A DNA stretch of 50,131 bases, from IMG/VR virus record IMGVR_UViG_3300037608_000205, positions 1-50,131 of that record; one strand, 5' to 3'. Origin of the DNA: a virus (taxonomy: Duplodnaviria; Caudoviricetes). The translations under genes were made by a program, and so were the position numbers. The notes beneath the pieces were generated by a model that did not search any database, was not told the DNA's origin, and was given only the letters and a program-made list of their open reading frames with translations. Below, piece by piece: positions 45,892-50,131 of this stretch (positions within the stretch are counted from its first letter, which is position 1; each line of letters opens with the position of its first letter).

Positions 45892-45920
45892 ATTATATAT
45901 TCGAACATTTGTTCTGTCTA
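45892..45920 (-). promoter_or_regulatory. Sigma-A promoter containing a LexA/DinR (SOS) box
   Basis: TAGACA-17bp-TATAAT with GAAC-ATTT-GTTC (45903-45914) in the spacer; matches the Firmicute SOS box GAAC-N4-GTTC. Confidence 0.8.
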
Positions 45921-46069
45921 TGAAAATATATTACTCTTTTTTTAAGCCTTATCGTATTAAAAACTCAATAATGCAACATTTACGGTCGTTTTAGGATATT
46001 GCATCGCTATTAGATTGGTAGAGTGTTGTATTTTTATTATACAACTTTCTAAATTCATTTTAGTTTATG

Positions 46070-46098
46070 TTGACAATGAAAGCAAGAAAAAATATAAT
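46070..46098 (+). promoter_or_regulatory. Consensus sigma-A promoter
   Basis: TTGACA-17bp-TATAAT, perfect match. Confidence 0.85.
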
Positions 46099-46169
46099 GT
46101 TGATATAGAGTGATGCTACATTCTAATTTCGCTCGGAAGCTGCTATCAAATACTAAATGGAGTGTCTCA

Positions 46170-47417
46170 ATGCTAATGATTATGGTAAAACAAGGTTATA
46201 TTGTAGTGGATGACGACGACAATTTGATATATGACGATGTCAATGAACATGAGTATCTATTCAATTTTCTAGACGAAGATTTGAGCACTGCCGCCAACCT
46301 CTTCGAAGAAAGCTTTTATGCAATTCTTAACCACTATCACCCAGATCAAGATGATTATCCGGATATATCCGATCATATGTATTTGCTGGAGGAAGGCTTG
46401 AAAGAAATACATCCATTTCTCCAATATTCTTATGACGACTTTCTGTTCAATTCTATCGGTGATTTTTTGAATGCCAACTTAATACACCAATTGAATGGGA
46501 ATGGAAGCCATACCTTTTCATCATTGCTAGATGAATTTCTTTATAACGACTTATTCAAAAAACTGTATCCCAATTCTTATGATAAGTTTGATGAGAAGGT
46601 TTCTAAGTTTTATAAATCATACTACTACAACGCTCTAGACGAACCTGATATAGATGCCTCATATATTCCCTTACCTCCCCAGGGCTTATATGATTTGATA
46701 GACCTGCAAAATCAATTGCGTAAAATGGTATTCTGGATTCTGAATCCCTCAATCGATCACTTAAATGAATTGTCCACCGATGAAAGAATTGTTGCATACA
46801 ACATTATATGTGGAAAACAATTTGGTTCCAATCCTGTAAGTTTTTCTAAAACATTCAGTTTTTCAAACACCAATCAAGTTCAAAATGATAATAGATATGA
46901 GAGTCTGATTGACCTTCATAACCATCCTGACAGTATTGGAGCGGAAGAGATCGAGGAGTTAAGGAACGTTGTAGAGCAAGTTAAAAACACTAATGTTAAA
47001 GGACTGGTTGAAACATATGAAGTGAAAGTGTTGGCGGACGTACTTTTTTATCAAGTTTATCATATGGTTTTGTATGAAGAGAAAGTCAAGAAATGCAGGA
47101 ATTGCGGAAAGCATTTTATTGTCAGACATTTGAATGTTGAATACTGCAATCGAAAAGTCAAATCTTTGAAGAGCACTGAAAAAAACAGCACCTGTTTTGA
47201 TATAGGATCAAAACTGGCCTATCAGAAGAAACTAAAAGAGGATCTGCCATTGCAATACTACAACAGATCCTACAAAACTCATTACGCTAGAAGAAAAAAC
47301 AGTAAAATGTCTCAATCCGATTTCTATGAGTGGCAACAGGAAGCCAAGGCTAAACTTGATGCCGTTAGATTGGGTGAGTATGATTTTGAAGCATATAAGG
47401 TGTGGCTAAAAAAGTAA
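46170..47417 (+). CDS. DUF6076-like protein (C-terminal Cys cluster)
   Basis: KKCRNCGKHF...EYCNR...TCFDIG...YKTHYAR. Start at 46170 chosen for RBS GGAG (track start 46110). Confidence 0.68.
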   Translation: MLMIMVKQGYIVVDDDDNLIYDDVNEHEYLFNFLDEDLSTAANLFEESFYAILNHYHPDQDDYPDISDHMYLLEEGLKEIHPFLQYSYDDFLFNSIGDFLNANLIHQLNGNGSHTFSSLLDEFLYNDLFKKLYPNSYDKFDEKVSKFYKSYYYNALDEPDIDASYIPLPPQGLYDLIDLQNQLRKMVFWILNPSIDHLNELSTDERIVAYNIICGKQFGSNPVSFSKTFSFSNTNQVQNDNRYESLIDLHNHPDSIGAEEIEELRNVVEQVKNTNVKGLVETYEVKVLADVLFYQVYHMVLYEEKVKKCRNCGKHFIVRHLNVEYCNRKVKSLKSTEKNSTCFDIGSKLAYQKKLKEDLPLQYYNRSYKTHYARRKNSKMSQSDFYEWQQEAKAKLDAVRLGEYDFEAYKVWLKK

Positions 47418-47595
47418 GTTTTGATTCAAGGAAAAAGTCTCCATTAGAATCTTCGTGATGATGTGTTCTTAATCTATGTGATAAAAAAATCATAAGTAAC
47501 CATCTGCAAAATGGAAGGGGCACTCTACAAATTTGACATAGGGTATCTTGCTTGTTTTAAACGATACCACGTCATGTGAAATTCACATCTATTCT

Positions 47596-48444
47596 TCATT
47601 TTATGTTTGCAGTCATTTCAACACGCACACCTTTGTGCAAGTAACCTTTATGGACTTTTGCAATATCCTGCATGCATCCCAATTTTATTGGAGCACTGTA
47701 TAGACGTTCAATAACTTCTTTTTTTATAGTTTTAATGATAATTCGTGCTTCACTTTGCTCTGCAAAGCGGATGTTTTTTACCAGTAATTCTTCAGGGTAT
47801 TTTTGACCAAAATCCATCCAGCCATTAGAACCGTGTGCCTCAAAATCAAAATATGAAACATTCCCAATTAGTATTTCAGAATCTTCCAAACCAACTTTTC
47901 TCAATGCTTTATGCAATCTATTCTTAAATTCATCAAAGTCGGAAATGATTATCAGTGCAGGTTGGTCCTCTAACGGTAACATTTCAATATCTTCCGGTAA
48001 ATTATTGTCTGAAAAGTCTCTAAAATATGAAGCTGGTATATTAGCGGTTATCCTGTGTTTTCCCTCACTATCAGGACAAGAAAACAAGCTGTTTTTCATG
48101 ATGTACACACAAAAGCATGGCAAGCTTAAACTTCGTTTATCTTTTAAAAACAGTCTTTCCCCGCATATTTCCTTGTATAATGGTCTGGCATTAGGATTTA
48201 AGATACAGCTAGACTCATATTTTTGAATTAATTCGGATATACGTTCAACATCTAAACTATGACAAAATGCCAGAGTTCCCTCATATCCATCTCCTCGTCC
48301 ATCTCCATATTTTTTGGAGTAATCAATCCACGATTCGGGTGTGTTGAATTTGATTGATCCTGTATCTATAAAAGATTCAGCATATTTAGAACTAGTTAAT
48401 CTAAAGACAGCAGAAAAACTATTAGGTTTTTCCCATTCTCCCAT
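47596..48444 (-). CDS. Hypothetical protein, possibly ADP-ribosyltransferase-like/DUF2971-like
   Basis: FRLT...GSIKFNTP..W, RGDGYEG, CFC, and K...F..Q.E.R C-terminal pattern. Start after AAGAGGTG. Confidence 0.5.
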   Translation of the reverse strand: MGEWEKPNSFSAVFRLTSSKYAESFIDTGSIKFNTPESWIDYSKKYGDGRGDGYEGTLAFCHSLDVERISELIQKYESSCILNPNARPLYKEICGERLFLKDKRSLSLPCFCVYIMKNSLFSCPDSEGKHRITANIPASYFRDFSDNNLPEDIEMLPLEDQPALIIISDFDEFKNRLHKALRKVGLEDSEILIGNVSYFDFEAHGSNGWMDFGQKYPEELLVKNIRFAEQSEARIIIKTIKKEVIERLYSAPIKLGCMQDIAKVHKGYLHKGVRVEMTANIK

Positions 48445-48606
48445 AAAACACCTCTTTTTTAAGTAAAAATGCATACATTTTACTCTGTGAATTATCCAAT
48501 TAAGATTGGTCGATTTTAATATCTTCATTTTTACATATTAAATTAAAGATAAACAAACCTCCTTATATAATATGAAAGGAACTCAATATTAAATGTTTTT
48601 AGACAT

Positions 48607-49218
48607 CTACTTTTTCACCCTTGACTTCACAGCTTCAAACTTCATCGAGCCTCTTGATTTTCTACCAGTAAAATAGTTTCCTTCGAGTACCATCGGATTG
48701 CTTATATTCAGCATTGCTGTTCCATAGTGCATTGGGCTTCGGTCTTGAATTTCTGCTCGAGGATCATTCTGGTAAGTATAGATTAGGTATTGAACGCTCT
48801 GTACCTTGCCAAATGAAGCAGTCAAACTTCTGCTAGTGCTTTCTTCTGTTTTTAACAAAATCGCCACATTCAAGAACGTCTGATCAATAACAATTTCTCC
48901 AAAACGCTTTGTACTATCATAATCCGATATGAACGTCCCACAATAATTCTTTGCAAGTACAGGCACATCATTCATCCAACATAGCCATTTCCACTTCCAT
49001 GCCCATTTATTAAATATCGCCATTAAAATAGCCGCAATACCAATAGCTTCACCGATAAATCCAAATGAACTATAACTAAGATTTAAAACATGTCCAGCCT
49101 CCCACATGTTTTTTACATCAGACCATGAAATGAGGTAACGAACCAGTGTAAGAATTGCTGTTAGCCAAATACTAATATTGACAAATCTCTTGACATTTGC
49201 ATCCATACTTAACCTCAC
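48607..49218 (-). CDS. cap15: CBASS 2TM-beta-barrel effector (Cap15 / S-2TMbeta-like)
   Basis: Two TM helices, W-rich FNKWAWKW, then IDQTF, YTYQNDP...HYGTAML...LEGNYFTGR beta domain; overlaps the CD-NTase stop. Confidence 0.85.
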   Translation of the reverse strand: MRLSMDANVKRFVNISIWLTAILTLVRYLISWSDVKNMWEAGHVLNLSYSSFGFIGEAIGIAAILMAIFNKWAWKWKWLCWMNDVPVLAKNYCGTFISDYDSTKRFGEIVIDQTFLNVAILLKTEESTSRSLTASFGKVQSVQYLIYTYQNDPRAEIQDRSPMHYGTAMLNISNPMVLEGNYFTGRKSRGSMKFEAVKSRVKK

Positions 49219-50114
49219 TTGAAGTCTATGTAATTATACATGTTGTATAGGAAGAGTTTTGTATCTTCCGGTGTCCATTTGCGTCCAGAATGAAACAGGT
49301 ACAAACGTTCACTAACTTCTCCCCATTGTTTGTGTTTCTCATCTTTAATTGCATTCCATAAAAAAACGATGACGTTTTGAACAGTTTCAACCCAGGTTTT
49401 ACCTGCCATGATAGTCCCATTCGGTACATTCCAAACGAGACATTCAATCAAAAATGACGTTATTTTATCACCGTCCGCCTTTCCATCACCAACCATATCA
49501 TTGCGTATGTGCTTCATGATTCGAACGAGCTTCTTATATTCGTAGTTAGTGCTATTATTCTTCTGCTTGCCATTGCTGATGTGATCTTTAGGATAATTAA
49601 TTACCTCAGTACCATCGTTTGAAAAGAACTGAATACCCTCTACATATTTTCCAGAATCTGTACTACTTAGAATTTTATAATCCCTATACTGGAAGGCAGG
49701 AACAATATCTGCATTTATATGATAGCTATTAGCCTCAATATTTATACTCTTATTCCCAACGTTAATTACATAGTCTCCAAACTTTTTCTTTAATGCTTCA
49801 CCAATATAAGTTTTATAATCAGGATAAGTAATCGAGCCCTCTGTATATCCGTAATCCTTATCTGTCTTTCCATCAACATAATTGCAATAAAACGTAGATG
49901 TCAACATCACGCAAATATCCACATCGCTATTTTGTCTGACATTAGTATTATTTGCATAGGAGCCTTGTGCAAAGATCTCCATCGTACAATCCGTCAACTT
50001 ATAGTACGATGTTACAGCATCTTTAGTCATTAGAACTGCATTTTCAACACGCTGCTCTTCAGTTTTGGAAAGCGGTGACGTCCATGATGCAAAAGTTTCT
50101 TCTGTATATTTCAT
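49215..50114 (-). CDS. cdnE: CBASS cGAS/DncV-like nucleotidyltransferase, CdnE-like
   Basis: QGSYANNTNVRQNSDVDI (GS + DxD), ADIVPA third Asp, INYPKDH, YKKLVRIMK, SFLIECLVWNVP. Confidence 0.9.
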   Translation of the reverse strand: MKYTEETFASWTSPLSKTEEQRVENAVLMTKDAVTSYYKLTDCTMEIFAQGSYANNTNVRQNSDVDICVMLTSTFYCNYVDGKTDKDYGYTEGSITYPDYKTYIGEALKKKFGDYVINVGNKSINIEANSYHINADIVPAFQYRDYKILSSTDSGKYVEGIQFFSNDGTEVINYPKDHISNGKQKNNSTNYEYKKLVRIMKHIRNDMVGDGKADGDKITSFLIECLVWNVPNGTIMAGKTWVETVQNVIVFLWNAIKDEKHKQWGEVSERLYLFHSGRKWTPEDTKLFLYNMYNYIDFK

Positions 50115-50131
50115 TCGTCCAACCTCCCCTT

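Larger units (their letters stand above)
1..47417 (-). mobile_element. Temperate siphovirus-like prophage (HK97-fold head, non-contractile tail, serine-recombinase integration); ends not resolved
   Basis: Ordered, co-oriented regulation, replication, packaging, head, tail, lysis and recombinase modules. The left end runs off the window; whether 47596-50114 is cargo or flanking host DNA is undetermined. Confidence 0.93.

Noticed and set aside
47420-47595. Prophage att site near the small palindromes (ATGTGAA-A-TTCACAT, GGTATC...GATACC)
   Set aside because: Serine-integrase att sites cannot be confirmed without the other end; these hairpins are equally explained as terminators between convergent genes.

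Overview
Nearly the whole window is a co-oriented (minus-strand) temperate siphovirus-type prophage of a Firmicute (probably clostridial) host. Read right to left it carries: a minimal type I CBASS pair (CdnE-like CD-NTase + Cap15-like effector) and an unknown third gene; a divergent DUF6076-like gene; an HTH activator whose promoter contains a LexA (GAAC-N4-GTTC) box, followed by an 11-bp-period repeat array; a replication module (sigma70-r4 protein, metK, DUF2800 nuclease, DUF2815 SSB, family A polymerase, primase/VirE, VRR-NUC, SNF2); an ArpU/RinA-like late activator; HNH/terminase/portal/Clp/HK97 capsid genes; a tail module with a -1 frameshift chaperone; lysis genes; and two tandem large serine recombinases, the last running off the left edge. 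No CI-type repressor with a peptidase domain was recognised. Five AT-rich cargo (moron) insertions interrupt the late region. Best leads: (1) an uncharacterised two-gene membrane/coiled-coil cassette present twice with reciprocal degeneration; (2) an apparently LexA-gated activator cascade; (3) a multi-stem RNA just after the late promoter, upstream of many internal terminators; (4) a duplicated cos-like region flanking cargo. All family assignments come from motif recognition by eye, not database searches, and att sites could not be located.
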